The notes below the pieces were generated by a model. The model worked only from the letters and a program-made list of their open reading frames with translations. It ran no database searches and was not told where the DNA came from. A stretch of DNA of 64,000 nt from an uncultured Gemmatimonadaceae bacterium (lineage in GTDB: Bacteria; Gemmatimonadota; Gemmatimonadetes; Gemmatimonadales; GWC2-71-9): assembly GCA_964638035.1 (NCBI GenBank), contig CAZWXD010000015.1:12289-76288 (forward strand). Reading direction: 5' to 3'. Shown one piece after another: positions 28,783 through 38,060 of this stretch (within the stretch, counting starts at the first letter, position 1; each line of letters starts with the position of its first letter). Made by a program: the position numbers and the translations under genes.

Positions 28783-29181
28783 ATGACCCTGCCCCTCTCC
28801 ATCCTGCGCGTCGCCGTGGCGACGCTGCTCTTCATCCACGGCGCGAGCCGGGTAGTCACGGGTGGGGTGGCGCCGTTCGGCGAGTGGCTCGATGGCCAGG
28901 GCCTCCCCGCCGGGCTGGTGCTGGCCTGGACCATCACCCTGCTGGAACTCCTCACCACGCCCCTCCTGGCCGCCGGTCGCCTCGTGGTGCCAGTTGCGGC
29001 CTGGTTCGTGGTCCAGCTTGGCATCGGCATCGCCATGATCCATGGGCGGGAGGGCTGGTTCGTGGTGGGTGGCGGGCGGAACGGTGCGGAGTACAGCGTC
29101 CTGCTCATCACCTGCCTCGTGGTACTGGGCCTGGCCGAGCGCCAGCGCGATGCCGGGCACGCGGAGCCGCCCACGCGCTAG
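28783..29181 (+). CDS. DoxX-family membrane protein
   Basis: The start is at the ATG at 28783 (MTLPLSILRVAVATLLFIHGASRV...). It has four hydrophobic segments, and the FIHGxxK/R-like N-terminal motif is typical of DoxX. Confidence 0.7.
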   Translation: MTLPLSILRVAVATLLFIHGASRVVTGGVAPFGEWLDGQGLPAGLVLAWTITLLELLTTPLLAAGRLVVPVAAWFVVQLGIGIAMIHGREGWFVVGGGRNGAEYSVLLITCLVVLGLAERQRDAGHAEPPTR

Positions 29182-29218
29182 ATTTCCGCCGGACTTCACC
29201 CCCCACACGGAGCCAGGC

Positions 29219-29794
29219 ATGGCGGAGCCCGCCACCGAACGGAACAGCGTCAACGAACTCGTGGCCGAGCGCCTCTTCCGGGCGCGGACGGTCATCATCA
29301 GCGGCGAGATCAGCCAGCGGCTGGCGTCGAGCGTCACGGCCCAGCTCCTGGCGCTGGCCGCGGAGTCGAGCGACCCGATCACCGTGTTCATCAACTCGCC
29401 GGGCGGCCACGTGGAATCGGGCGACATGATCCACGACATGCTCCGCTTCCTCACCCCACGCATCCGCATGGTCGGCACCGGATGGGTGGCGTCGGCCGGG
29501 GCGCTGATCTACGTGGCCGTGCCCCGTGAGGATCGCTTCTGCCTCCCCAACACCCGCTTCCTCCTGCACCAGCCGGCCGGCGGCGCCGGCGGCACGGCGA
29601 GCGACATCCAGATCGAGGCGCGGGAGATCCTGCGGATGCGGGACCGGCTGAACCGGATCTTCGCCCGGCAGACGGGCCAGCCCCTCGAGCGCATCGAGGA
29701 GGACACCCACCGCGATTTCTGGCTCTCCGGCGAGGAGGCCCAGCGCTACGGCATCGTGGGTCGGATCATCGAGAAGTTCGGGGACATCGCATGA
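29219..29794 (+). CDS. clpP: ATP-dependent Clp protease proteolytic subunit
   Basis: The start was moved to the ATG at 29219. The protein contains RTVIISGEI...INSPGGHVESG. The catalytic Ser lies in GWVASAGAL, the His in LLHQPAGG, and the Asp in DTHRDFWLSGEEA. No clpX or clpA lies adjacent. Confidence 0.9.
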   Translation: MAEPATERNSVNELVAERLFRARTVIISGEISQRLASSVTAQLLALAAESSDPITVFINSPGGHVESGDMIHDMLRFLTPRIRMVGTGWVASAGALIYVAVPREDRFCLPNTRFLLHQPAGGAGGTASDIQIEAREILRMRDRLNRIFARQTGQPLERIEEDTHRDFWLSGEEAQRYGIVGRIIEKFGDIA

Positions 29795-29804
29795 TGCGGC
29801 CGGG

Positions 29805-30239
29805 GTGCTGAGCCCCATGCAGGAGGGACCGGCCCACGCACAGGAAATCACCCGGATCGTCACGGCGGCCATTGCGCCAGTGTTCCTCCTGTCGGGCATC
29901 GGCACCTTCATCCTGATCCTCTCCAACCGCCTGCAGCGCATCACCGACCGGATCCGCTACCTGCAGGCGCATCCCGGTCCCGACGCCGAGGTGCAGCAGC
30001 TGCTCCTCAGCCGACGGGGCCGCATCATCCACCGGGGGCTGTCCTTCCTCACGCTGAGCGGCCAGCTGGTCTGCATCATCGTGACGATCATCTTCGTGGA
30101 CTTCTTCGTGGACTGGGGCGTGGAGAAGTTCGTGGCCGCCCTGTTCATCGGCACCATGGCATGCCTCGCCGCCGCCCTCGCCTGCCTCCTGCGCGAGGTG
30201 TGGCTGGTGGGCGGCGGCTTTCCCACCGACGAGCCCTGA
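29805..30239 (+). CDS. DUF2721 membrane protein
   Basis: 144 aa. [32 protein letters not shown] matches the DUF2721 N-terminal signature as I remember it, and two further TM segments follow. The start is the GTG at 29805 or the ATG at 29817. Confidence 0.7.
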   Translation: MLSPMQEGPAHAQEITRIVTAAIAPVFLLSGIGTFILILSNRLQRITDRIRYLQAHPGPDAEVQQLLLSRRGRIIHRGLSFLTLSGQLVCIIVTIIFVDFFVDWGVEKFVAALFIGTMACLAAALACLLREVWLVGGGFPTDEP

Positions 30240-30240
30240 G

Positions 30241-30786
30241 ATGCTTACCGAGGTGGCCACGCTCGGTGGCGGGTGCTTCTGGTGCCTCGAGGCGGTCTTC
30301 GAGCGGCTGGAGGGCGTGGAGCGCGTGGTGTCGGGCTATGCCGGCGGCACCAGGCCACACCCGAGCTACGAGCAGGTGTGCAGCGGCGCCACCGGCCACG
30401 CCGAGGTGGTGCAGGTCGCCTTCGATCCCGCGCGGCTCTCCTACCGCGACCTGCTGCGCATCTTCTTCGCCATGCATGACCCCACCACCCTGAACCGGCA
30501 GGGCGCTGACCTCGGGACCCAGTACCGCTCGGTGGTGTACTACCACTCCGATGCCCAGCACGATACCGCACGCGAGGTCATCCGCGAACTCGAGGCCGAT
30601 GGCACCTGGCAGGGCATCGTCACCGAGGTGGCGCCGGCCCCCGCGTTCTACCCCGCCGAGTCGTACCACCAGCAGTACTACCGGCGGAACCCGGCCGCAG
30701 GCTACTGCCAGGCGGTGATCGCCCCCAAGGTCGCAAAGCTCCGGCAGCACTATGCCGGCCGGTTGCGGCCCGCCACCACGAGCTGA
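30241..30786 (+). CDS. msrA: Peptide-methionine (S)-S-oxide reductase
   Basis: 181 aa with the motifs [44 protein letters not shown] and YHQQYY. Confidence 0.95.
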   Translation: MLTEVATLGGGCFWCLEAVFERLEGVERVVSGYAGGTRPHPSYEQVCSGATGHAEVVQVAFDPARLSYRDLLRIFFAMHDPTTLNRQGADLGTQYRSVVYYHSDAQHDTAREVIRELEADGTWQGIVTEVAPAPAFYPAESYHQQYYRRNPAAGYCQAVIAPKVAKLRQHYAGRLRPATTS

Positions 30787-30788
30787 CC

Positions 30789-31073
30789 ATGCCCGAGGCG
30801 ACGAACTCGTACCACCCCGCACGCTCCCTGATGCTCATCTTCGGGATGCCGCTGGTCCTGGCCGCGATCTACTACGCCTGGCTGGCCGTGCAGGTGGGGC
30901 GCACGCGCTATGCGTGGAAGGACATGGACTGGAATGGCGACGGGCGCGTCACGATCGGGGAGTACTTCGAGACCGCTGACGTGCTGGAACGGCCGGTGCA
31001 GCAGGACGGGCGCGAATGCACGGAGCTGTATTCTGCCCGCCACGGGAAGCGCTACCGCATCGAGTGCCGCTGA
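30789..31073 (+). CDS. Small membrane-anchored protein with an EF-hand-like loop
   Basis: 94 aa with one TM (LMLIFGMPLVLAAIYYAWLAV), followed by DMDWNGDGRVTIGEY (a DxDxDGxxxxxE calcium-loop pattern). It starts 2 nt after the msrA stop. Confidence 0.55.
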   Translation: MPEATNSYHPARSLMLIFGMPLVLAAIYYAWLAVQVGRTRYAWKDMDWNGDGRVTIGEYFETADVLERPVQQDGRECTELYSARHGKRYRIECR

Positions 31074-31091
31074 GCCGGGCGGCGCGCCGGG

Positions 31092-31775
31092 TCAGAAGGG
31101 CCGGGCGTGGCTGCCGCTGGGGCGCGCCCTGGGCCCGCGTGCGGTGCCGTCCCGCAGTCGCACGAGGGCCTGCTGGCGGCTCCTGACGTTGAGCCGGCGA
31201 AGCACCTGCTCGGCGTGATGGCGAATGGTGTGCGTGGTCAGGTCGAGGGTCCGCGCGATCTCGGCGGTGGTCTGGCCCTGCGCCAGCAGGAGGGCCACTT
31301 CGGCCTGGCGCGGACTCAGGCCAAACCGGTGCATCAGGTTCTCGGACGTAAGGCGTCGGGCCGCCCGGCGCTCCACCATGATGGTCACCCAGGTCGGCTC
31401 GACGTGCCCATCGAAGAAGATGGGGCGGATCCGCACCCGCAGGCTCCCCGAGATCGTGCCCTCGGCGCGCCACGGCTCCCCAAGCACGATGTCACCCATC
31501 CCGTTGGCCCGAACGAGCCCGAGCCTCGAGCAGGCGTCGCCCACGAGGGCGGCCGCGGCCTCACCGGGATACGCATCACGAAAGACGGAGTTGCGGGAGA
31601 TGATCTCGAGTCGGAGGTCGACAATGACGACCGGGAGGACGATGGCCTCCATGCCCTGCGCCAGCGCATCGAGCTGCGCTGCGCGGACTCCCGACAGCGG
31701 TTCCCCGTGCGGAGAGTGCATCAGGGCAACATAGTAAGCGCCCCGGCCGACCCGATAGTAGGCCATTTGACCCAT
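31092..31775 (-). CDS. LuxR-family transcriptional regulator with a PAS-like N-terminal sensor
   Basis: The start was trimmed to the ATG at 31775 (or 31766), because the longer ORF would overlap the rhodanese gene. The C-terminal HTH is FGLSPRQAEVALLLAQGQTTAEIARTLDLTTHTIRHHAEQVLRRLNV. Confidence 0.8.
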   Translation of the reverse strand: MGQMAYYRVGRGAYYVALMHSPHGEPLSGVRAAQLDALAQGMEAIVLPVVIVDLRLEIISRNSVFRDAYPGEAAAALVGDACSRLGLVRANGMGDIVLGEPWRAEGTISGSLRVRIRPIFFDGHVEPTWVTIMVERRAARRLTSENLMHRFGLSPRQAEVALLLAQGQTTAEIARTLDLTTHTIRHHAEQVLRRLNVRSRQQALVRLRDGTARGPRARPSGSHARPF

Positions 31776-31860
31776 AGGCCGCGCGGCCCATGGGTGCCAC
31801 GTCCCCCGGCGGCTCGGCCCGTTTCCTCCGACCCGGCTCCCCGCTCCTCCTCGCCCCTCG

Positions 31861-32766
31861 CTACCGCTCCACCGGCAGGTCTGCCTGCCCGGCCCATTCG
31901 GTCCAGGAGCCGGGATAGATGCGGACACGCGGGTAGCCCAGGAGCGAGTGGAGGACGAAGTACAGGTGGCTCGCCTCCGTCGCACTGTTGCAGTAGAGCA
32001 CGATGTTGCGATCCGGGGTGATGCCCTGCCGGGCATATGCCGCCCGGAGGGAGTCGGGCGGGCGGAAGACCCGGCCGAATCCCTCGGTCACGAGGTCATC
32101 CTGCCAGTAGTGATTGATCGCCCACGGAATATGGCCCAGGCGCATCTGGGTGCCTTCCTCCCCGCGGAACTGCGCCGGCGGCCTGGCATCCACCAGCAGG
32201 ATGCCCTTCTCGCGCGCACGCCTCACCTCGTCCAGCGTGGCGATGGCAGGGCGGAAGGTGGCCTCACGCCACCGGGCCGTCGTGGATGGCGCCTTCGTGT
32301 AGGTGCGCACGACGGGATGCCCCTCGAACTGCCACTTGTAGAAGCCGCCGTCGAGCAGGTAGACCCGCGGGTGGCCCATCGCACTGAGGATGAACGCCAC
32401 GAAGGTCGCATCGATGTTGAGTGTCTCGCCCGCCCCGTACACCACCACCGGCACCCGGTGATCGAGGCCCAGCCGGCCCAGCAACACCCGGTACCAGGGC
32501 GCGTCCATGAGTTGCACCGGCACCCCGTCGCGCGAGGCACGCAGTGTCTCGACGTTCAGGTACTGGGAACCGGGAAGGTGGCCCTTGAGCCAGGTCCAGA
32601 CATCGATCCGGACGTCGAGGAGCTGGACCGGCCGGCCGGCCTGCTGCCACGCAGCCAGAGAGTCGGTGGAGAGGAGGGTGGCAGGGCGCTGTGCCCATGC
32701 CCGCCCAGGCGAGACGAGAGGCGCCGTGGCGAGGAGCACGGCTGCGGCCCACGCTGCCCGCCTCAT
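31861..32766 (-). CDS. Periplasmic tandem-rhodanese sulfurtransferase
   Basis: 301 aa with a signal peptide (AAVLLATAPLVSPGRAWAQ). It has two rhodanese domains, and the candidate active-site loop in the second is VLYCNSATEASH. Confidence 0.85.
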   Translation of the reverse strand: MRRAAWAAAVLLATAPLVSPGRAWAQRPATLLSTDSLAAWQQAGRPVQLLDVRIDVWTWLKGHLPGSQYLNVETLRASRDGVPVQLMDAPWYRVLLGRLGLDHRVPVVVYGAGETLNIDATFVAFILSAMGHPRVYLLDGGFYKWQFEGHPVVRTYTKAPSTTARWREATFRPAIATLDEVRRAREKGILLVDARPPAQFRGEEGTQMRLGHIPWAINHYWQDDLVTEGFGRVFRPPDSLRAAYARQGITPDRNIVLYCNSATEASHLYFVLHSLLGYPRVRIYPGSWTEWAGQADLPVER

Positions 32767-33785
32767 GGCCCTTCCCCCAGGCCCATCACCTCGCGCTCCA
32801 TCTCCACGTACACGCGGTTGGCATTGCGCCGGCGCCGGGTGTTGAGCGACACCGGCCGGTCCTCGTCCACCGGGGGCAGGACGCCCAGCGCACGCGTCAT
32901 CGGCACGCCTTCCTCCACCGCCAGTTTCATGGATTCCCGGAGCGCGAGGAAGTACTGGCGCGTGGCATCCACGAGGGCCGCCGGGTGGCGAACAACGGGG
33001 CCATGCCCCGGTACGACCAGTCGCGGTGCCAGGCTGTCGATCGCGTCGAGCGTGCGCAGCATGGCGCGCGAACTGCCATCCACCACCATGGGTACCGCAT
33101 CGCCCACCAGCACATCGCCCGTAAAAAGGATGCGCTCGGCGGGAAGCCAGAGCATGAGGTCGCCGGCCGAATGGGCGGCACCGGGATGCCAGAGCACCAG
33201 CACGCGCCCACCCAGCGCCAGCGTGTCGGTCCCGGTGACGGGCCAGTCGGGCTCATCGGCATACTCGAAGCCCAGCATCTCCTGCAGGCCCACCACCGCA
33301 TCCCAGTCGGCGACCATCTGGTCGGGCCCGCCCTCCAGCGCCAGCACGCGCCGCTCGGGATGGGCGATCACCCTGGCCCCCGCACGCCGCAGTGCGATGG
33401 CGCCGAAGTGCATGTCGGGGTGGTGGGCGTAGAGGACCAGCCAGCGGATCGGAGCGGCGGAGATCGTCCGGATCGTGCGCACGACCGCCTCGCCCTGCAT
33501 GGGGCTCGCCACGCCACCCACCACCGCGATACCACTGTCGGTGACGACAAAGCCGGCATTGGGCCGGCCTTCGACCCCTCGTCCGGTGTCACCCAGGATG
33601 GCGTAGACATCCCGGGCCAGGGTATCGAGGGGGTAAATGGTCCGGGAGGTGGTGCGGGAGAACTGGCCCCGTTGGGCAGCGGCGGGCAACACCCCGCCCA
33701 CGAGTGCCACCACAAGGACGATTGGCCCCACGAACCGCACGCCCGAACGTCCGCACGCCCGGGCGTTCGGCTGCCAGGCGCTCAT
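32763..33785 (-). CDS. Exported metallo-beta-lactamase-fold hydrolase
   Basis: The start was moved to the ATG at 33785, which overlaps the soxZ stop as ATGA. The signal is VGPIVLVVALVGGVLPAAAQ. The MBL motifs are HPGAAHSAGD, FTGD and PGHG. The first motif reads YAHHPDMH instead of the canonical HxHxDH. Confidence 0.8.
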   Translation of the reverse strand: MSAWQPNARACGRSGVRFVGPIVLVVALVGGVLPAAAQRGQFSRTTSRTIYPLDTLARDVYAILGDTGRGVEGRPNAGFVVTDSGIAVVGGVASPMQGEAVVRTIRTISAAPIRWLVLYAHHPDMHFGAIALRRAGARVIAHPERRVLALEGGPDQMVADWDAVVGLQEMLGFEYADEPDWPVTGTDTLALGGRVLVLWHPGAAHSAGDLMLWLPAERILFTGDVLVGDAVPMVVDGSSRAMLRTLDAIDSLAPRLVVPGHGPVVRHPAALVDATRQYFLALRESMKLAVEEGVPMTRALGVLPPVDEDRPVSLNTRRRRNANRVYVEMEREVMGLGEGP

Positions 33786-34120
33786 GTCGCGGCGAACGAG
33801 ACCTGGACCGCCTGCTCGAACACTGCGCCCTTGCTGTCCACCCACCTCATGGACAGCGGCCCTTCCCTGTCCGCGATGAGCGTGAAGCTGATGACCGGGT
33901 CCCGGCTGATGCCGGAGGTCCAGCGGAAGCGGCCGATCTCCTCGCCCGCGTAGGTGACCGTGACGTCGCGAATGAACCACGCCGGGATCGGGTCACCGGA
34001 CGCGGTGCGGAAGAAGCCCGTGTCCATCGGGTGCTGGACGATGGCGTGCACCAGGATCTCCTGCCCCTTCGTGATGCGGGACGGGATCCGGATGCGCGCC
34101 TCCCCCACGGTGCCGTGCAT
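33782..34120 (-). CDS. soxZ: SoxZ sulfur-carrier partner
   Basis: 112 aa, MHGTVGEARIRIPSRITKGQEILVHAIVQHPMDTGF.... The motifs are typical of SoxZ (I.HPME/DTG and the Ig-like fold). Track ORF 33782..34618 is an artefactual read-through in another frame of soxY. Confidence 0.85.
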   Translation of the reverse strand: MHGTVGEARIRIPSRITKGQEILVHAIVQHPMDTGFFRTASGDPIPAWFIRDVTVTYAGEEIGRFRWTSGISRDPVISFTLIADREGPLSMRWVDSKGAVFEQAVQVSFAAT

Positions 34121-34611
34121 CAGCCGCACCCGTTGAGGGTCACGGCGACCTTCGCATAATCGGCCCAGAGTTCTCCGCCCGACGTCCTGGCGATGGCGCG
34201 AACCCAGGTGGTCCGCTTCATCTTGATGCGGAACTGGAGCGAGAGCCGGCCCATGGCGGGGCTCAGCTCGAACGCGGCCAGGTGCGGATCGGGGTTGTGG
34301 TCGACCACCAGGTGCACCGACTGCACGTAGTTGCCGGGTTTCATGGGGAGGTCGGCCGACTCGATCATCACGGGGACGATCCTGCCATCCTCGGCGATCA
34401 GTGGCATGTCGAGCTGGAGGTGACCACGCTGGATGGGGTTCCCCCCCGAAATTTCCCGGAGGATGCGGGCGACCTCCTCGTTGGGCACCTCGGGGTCGGG
34501 GTCGAGCACGCGTGCCGCGAGGGACCCGGGCCTGAGCACCTGACCCGCCGCGATCCCCAGGCCCAGGGCCGAGCCCTGCCGGAGAAACGCCCGCCTGGAG
34601 TTGTCCTGCAT
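34120..34611 (-). CDS. soxY: SoxY sulfur-carrier protein
   Basis: 163 aa with the Tat signal SRRAFLRQGSALGLGIAAG. The C-terminus is ...KVAVTLNGCG, the swinging-arm Cys motif of SoxY. The stop overlaps the soxZ start by 1 nt. Confidence 0.85.
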   Translation of the reverse strand: MQDNSRRAFLRQGSALGLGIAAGQVLRPGSLAARVLDPDPEVPNEEVARILREISGGNPIQRGHLQLDMPLIAEDGRIVPVMIESADLPMKPGNYVQSVHLVVDHNPDPHLAAFELSPAMGRLSLQFRIKMKRTTWVRAIARTSGGELWADYAKVAVTLNGCG

Positions 34612-34750
34612 GTGTCAACAGAACAGCCGGGCCGCGAGCCTGTCAAGAACGCCGGGGATATTGCTTGTCGGCCCCCTCCCAAGTCATTACTTTGCAAGGC
34701 CATACGCCGGCAGCACCAGGGCTGGCGCTACCCTTCGAGCGTGAGGCGGC

Positions 34751-35956
34751 GTGGACGCACCGACGGTCAACCAGATCGCCCTCTTCGAGAAGGTGCGCCA
34801 GTTCACCAAGGCGCGCGAGATCCAGGCGGCGGGCCTCTATCCCTACTTCAAGCCGATCTCCGAGTCGGAAGACACCGTCGTCGTCATCGAGGGCAAGCAG
34901 CGCATCATGCTGGGCTCCAACAACTACCTGGGGCTCACCCACCATCCCAAGGTCCTCGAGGCGGCCGGCAAGGCGCTGCAGCGCTACGGCGCCGGGTGCA
35001 CCGGCAGCCGCTTCCTGAACGGCACCCTCGACCTGCACGAGCGGCTCGAGACCGAGCTGGCCCGCTTCATGGGCAAGGAAGCCTGCCTCGTCTTCTCCAC
35101 CGGCTACCAGGCCAACCTCGGCCTCATCTCGGGGCTCATCGGCCGGGGTGACATCGTCTTCCTCGACAAGCTCGACCACGCCTCCATCGTGGACGGCGCC
35201 AAGATGTCCTACGGGGAGACCGAGCGGTTCAACCACGGTGACCTCGCCGGCCTCGAGCGGAAGCTGGACAAGGTGAAGCACGGCCACGGCACCCTGATCG
35301 TGGTGGACGGCATCTACTCGATGGAAGGCGACATCGCCGACGTGCCGAACCTGGTCCGGATCGCGCACCGCCACGGCGCCGCCCTCGCGGTCGATGACGC
35401 CCACGCGCTGGGGGTCCTGGGCCCGCGCGGGGAGGGCACGGCAGCCCACTTCGGCATGACCGACGAGGTGGACATCATCGCCGGCACCTTCTCCAAGTCC
35501 CTCGCGTCCATCGGCGGCTTCGTCGCGGCGTCCGACAGCGTCATCCACTACCTGCGGCACCACTCGCGCCCGCTCATCTTCACGGCGTCGCTGCCGCCAT
35601 CCAACACCGCCGGCGTGCTGGCGGCCCTCCAGGTGCTGCAGGAAGAGCCGGAACGGCGGGACCAGCTCTGGGCCAACACCCACCGGCTGCAGAAGGGCTT
35701 CCGCGAGATGGGCTTCGACATCGGGCCCACGGAGACGCCCATCATCCCGGTCCTCATCGGGCCGCTCGAGCGCACCTTCGTGATGTGGCGGAAGCTGTTC
35801 GATGCCGGCGTGTTCACCAACCCGGTGGCGCCGCCTGCCGTGCCGCCGTCCCAGTGCCGGCTCCGCACCAGCGTGATGGCGACGCACACCTTCGACCAGG
35901 TCGACTTCGCCCTCGAGACCTTCCGGACGATCGGACGGGAGCTGGGGGTCATCTGA
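34751..35956 (+). CDS. spt: Alpha-oxoamine synthase, serine-palmitoyltransferase-like
   Basis: 401 aa with a GTG start. The motifs [46 protein letters not shown] (PLP lysine), FTASLPPS and [15 protein letters not shown] are present. Together they resemble Sphingomonas/Caulobacter Spt more than BioF or Kbl. This comparison is from memory, not a search. Confidence 0.8.
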   Translation: MDAPTVNQIALFEKVRQFTKAREIQAAGLYPYFKPISESEDTVVVIEGKQRIMLGSNNYLGLTHHPKVLEAAGKALQRYGAGCTGSRFLNGTLDLHERLETELARFMGKEACLVFSTGYQANLGLISGLIGRGDIVFLDKLDHASIVDGAKMSYGETERFNHGDLAGLERKLDKVKHGHGTLIVVDGIYSMEGDIADVPNLVRIAHRHGAALAVDDAHALGVLGPRGEGTAAHFGMTDEVDIIAGTFSKSLASIGGFVAASDSVIHYLRHHSRPLIFTASLPPSNTAGVLAALQVLQEEPERRDQLWANTHRLQKGFREMGFDIGPTETPIIPVLIGPLERTFVMWRKLFDAGVFTNPVAPPAVPPSQCRLRTSVMATHTFDQVDFALETFRTIGRELGVI

Positions 35957-35961
35957 CGCCC

Positions 35962-37089
35962 GTGTCGATCCGCCCGGTGCGTTCACGCCGGGATCTCGCT
36001 GCATTCATCGACCTGCCCTACCGCCTCTTCGACCGGGACCCCGTGTGGGTCCCGCCCTTGCGCCTCGACGTGGCCATGACGCTGGACCGGACGAAGAACC
36101 CGTTCTTCGAGCACGCCGACGCCGAGTACTTCCTGGCCGAGCGCGCGGGGCAGGTGGTGGGGCGCATCGCGGCGATCGAGAACCGGCTCCACAACGAGTT
36201 CCACGCGGATCGCGTCGGGTTCTTCGGCTGGTTCGAGAGCATCAATGACCAGGCGGTGGCCGATGCCCTGCTCGAGGCGGCGGGCGCGTGGCTTCGCGCC
36301 CGGAACCTCACCGTCATGCGCGGCCCGGCCTCCTTCTCCACCAATGACCAGTGCGGGCTGCTGGTGGACGGCTTCGAGACCCGGCCCACCCTCCTCATGC
36401 CGCACAACCCGCCCTGGTACGCCGACCTGCTGGAGCGGGCCGGCATGGTGAAGGCGAAGGACCTGCTGGTGTACCAGGGCGGAGTCGAGACGCACCACGT
36501 CCCGGTTCCCGAGCGCCTGGCACGCGGAACCGAGCTCATCCGGCAGCGGCAGGGCGTCACGCTCCGCATGCTCAACATGAAGGACTTCCCCGCCGAGGTG
36601 GAGCGGATCAAGGCGATCTACAACGCCGCGTGGGAGCGGAACTGGGGATTTGTCCCCATGACCGACCACGAGATCGACCACCTTGCCAAGGCCTTCAAGC
36701 CCGTGGTGATCCCCGACCTGGTCCCCTTCGCCGAGAAGGACGGGAAGGTCATTGCGTTCGGCCTGGTGCTCCCCGACCTCAACGTGGCGCTGCTGGGAAA
36801 CCGGCGCGGCCGGCTGCTGCCCTTCCTGGCGAAGGCCCTCTGGATCATCCGCACGAAGCGCCTGCGTCGCTGTCGCATCCTGCTGCTGGGCATCCTGCCC
36901 GAGTGGCGGGGCAAGGGCGTGGACGCGATGCTCTACCACTGGATCTGGACCCATGCCGGCCAGAACCAGAAGATCTACTGGGGCGAGGCTGGCTGGATCC
37001 TCGAGGACAACGCCGCCATGAACGCGAGTCTCGAGAAGATGCAGTTCAGCGTGTACAAGACCTACCGCCTGTACGATCGAGCGCCATGA
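35962..37089 (+). CDS. GNAT-superfamily N-acyltransferase (candidate bacterial ceramide synthase)
   Basis: About 375 aa from the GTG at 35962, 5 nt after the spt stop. The earlier part of track ORF 35785.. overlaps spt. A GNAT-like core is present (VIAFGLVLPD...GILPEWRGKGVDAMLY), and the conserved block MRGPASFSTNDQCGLLVDGF is present. The stop overlaps the next start as ATGA. Confidence 0.7.
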   Translation: MSIRPVRSRRDLAAFIDLPYRLFDRDPVWVPPLRLDVAMTLDRTKNPFFEHADAEYFLAERAGQVVGRIAAIENRLHNEFHADRVGFFGWFESINDQAVADALLEAAGAWLRARNLTVMRGPASFSTNDQCGLLVDGFETRPTLLMPHNPPWYADLLERAGMVKAKDLLVYQGGVETHHVPVPERLARGTELIRQRQGVTLRMLNMKDFPAEVERIKAIYNAAWERNWGFVPMTDHEIDHLAKAFKPVVIPDLVPFAEKDGKVIAFGLVLPDLNVALLGNRRGRLLPFLAKALWIIRTKRLRRCRILLLGILPEWRGKGVDAMLYHWIWTHAGQNQKIYWGEAGWILEDNAAMNASLEKMQFSVYKTYRLYDRAP

Positions 37090-38060
37090 GGGCGCTGGTC
37101 ACCGGGGCCACGGGCTTCGTCGGCGGCCACCTGGTGGACCGGCTGCTGGCGGCGGGCGACGAGGTGACGGCACTGGTCCGCTCGCCGGCCCGCGCTGCCG
37201 GCATGGCGGACCGGGGCGTGCGCCTGGTGCAGGGCGACCTGCACGACCACGCGGCCCTGCGCGACGCGGCACGGGCCCAGCAGGTGGTGTACCACGTGGC
37301 CGCCCTGGTGGGCGCCACCGACGAGGCCGAGTTCCTCCGCGCCAACCGCGAGGGCACGGCCAACGTCGTGGCCGCCATGGAAGCGGTGGCCCCGTACGCC
37401 CGGCTGGTGCTGGTGAGTTCCCTGGCGGCTGCCGGACCGGCCGTCGCGGGTCGGCCGCGCAAGGAGGGCGAACCCGCTGCACCCGTGACCATGTACGGCC
37501 GCAGCAAGCTGGCCTCCGAGGAGGTGGTGCGCACCAGCGGCCTCCCCTGGGTCATTGCACGCCCCCCCGCCGTGTACGGACCCCGCGACACCGACAACTT
37601 CGCCACCCTGTACCGCCTTGCCCGCCTTGGCATCGGGCCGGTCTTTGGCGACGGCAGCCAGGAGGTGTCGCTCGTCTACGCGCCCGACCTGGCCGAGGCG
37701 CTCCGGCTGGCCGGCGTCACGCCCGGCATCGAGGGGCGCGCGTACTTCACCAATCATCCCGAGGTGGTGACCACGCGCGGCATCGTCACTGGCATCGGGC
37801 AGTCCATGGGGCGCAGCGTGACGGTGCTGCCGGTGCCCCGGCCGCTTGCCACGGTGGCGCTGGGTGCCGTGGGCGGGGTCGCCGGCCTGCTCAAGCGCAA
37901 GACCATCCTGCGGGCCGACAAGGCGAATGAGTTCTTCCAGCCCGCCTGGACCGCCGACCCTGCTGCGATGATGGGCGATACCGGGTGGGTGCCCACCCAT
38001 GACATGGCGCTCGGCCTGGCGAAGACCTGGGACTGGTACCGGGAGCACGGCGGGGCGTGA
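37086..38060 (+). CDS. NAD(P)-dependent epimerase/dehydratase-family extended SDR (candidate ceramide/ketosphinganine reductase)
   Basis: 324 aa, MRALVTGATGFVGGHLVDRLL. The catalytic YGRSKLASEE (YxxxK) is present. It is the in-frame part of track ORF 36351..38060. Confidence 0.85.
   Translation: MRALVTGATGFVGGHLVDRLLAAGDEVTALVRSPARAAGMADRGVRLVQGDLHDHAALRDAARAQQVVYHVAALVGATDEAEFLRANREGTANVVAAMEAVAPYARLVLVSSLAAAGPAVAGRPRKEGEPAAPVTMYGRSKLASEEVVRTSGLPWVIARPPAVYGPRDTDNFATLYRLARLGIGPVFGDGSQEVSLVYAPDLAEALRLAGVTPGIEGRAYFTNHPEVVTTRGIVTGIGQSMGRSVTVLPVPRPLATVALGAVGGVAGLLKRKTILRADKANEFFQPAWTADPAAMMGDTGWVPTHDMALGLAKTWDWYREHGGA

Noticed and set aside
28720-29478. Upstream 250 codons of the 321-aa minus-strand ORF
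   Set aside because: This part is antisense to DoxX and clpP. Only the terminal 68 codons, which have a TM helix and lie in an otherwise empty gap, were kept, at low confidence.
31861-34611. Complete thiosulfate-oxidising Sox system
   Set aside because: Only soxY and soxZ are present. No soxAX (dihaem), soxB (dinuclear Mn hydrolase) or soxCD is found in the window, so I call it an orphan carrier module rather than a Sox pathway.
33782-34618. Single 278-aa ORF spanning soxZ and soxY
   Set aside because: Only its last 112 codons (soxZ) are meaningful. The upstream part is an out-of-frame read through soxY, which is encoded in frame 34120..34611 with a Tat signal and GCG terminus.
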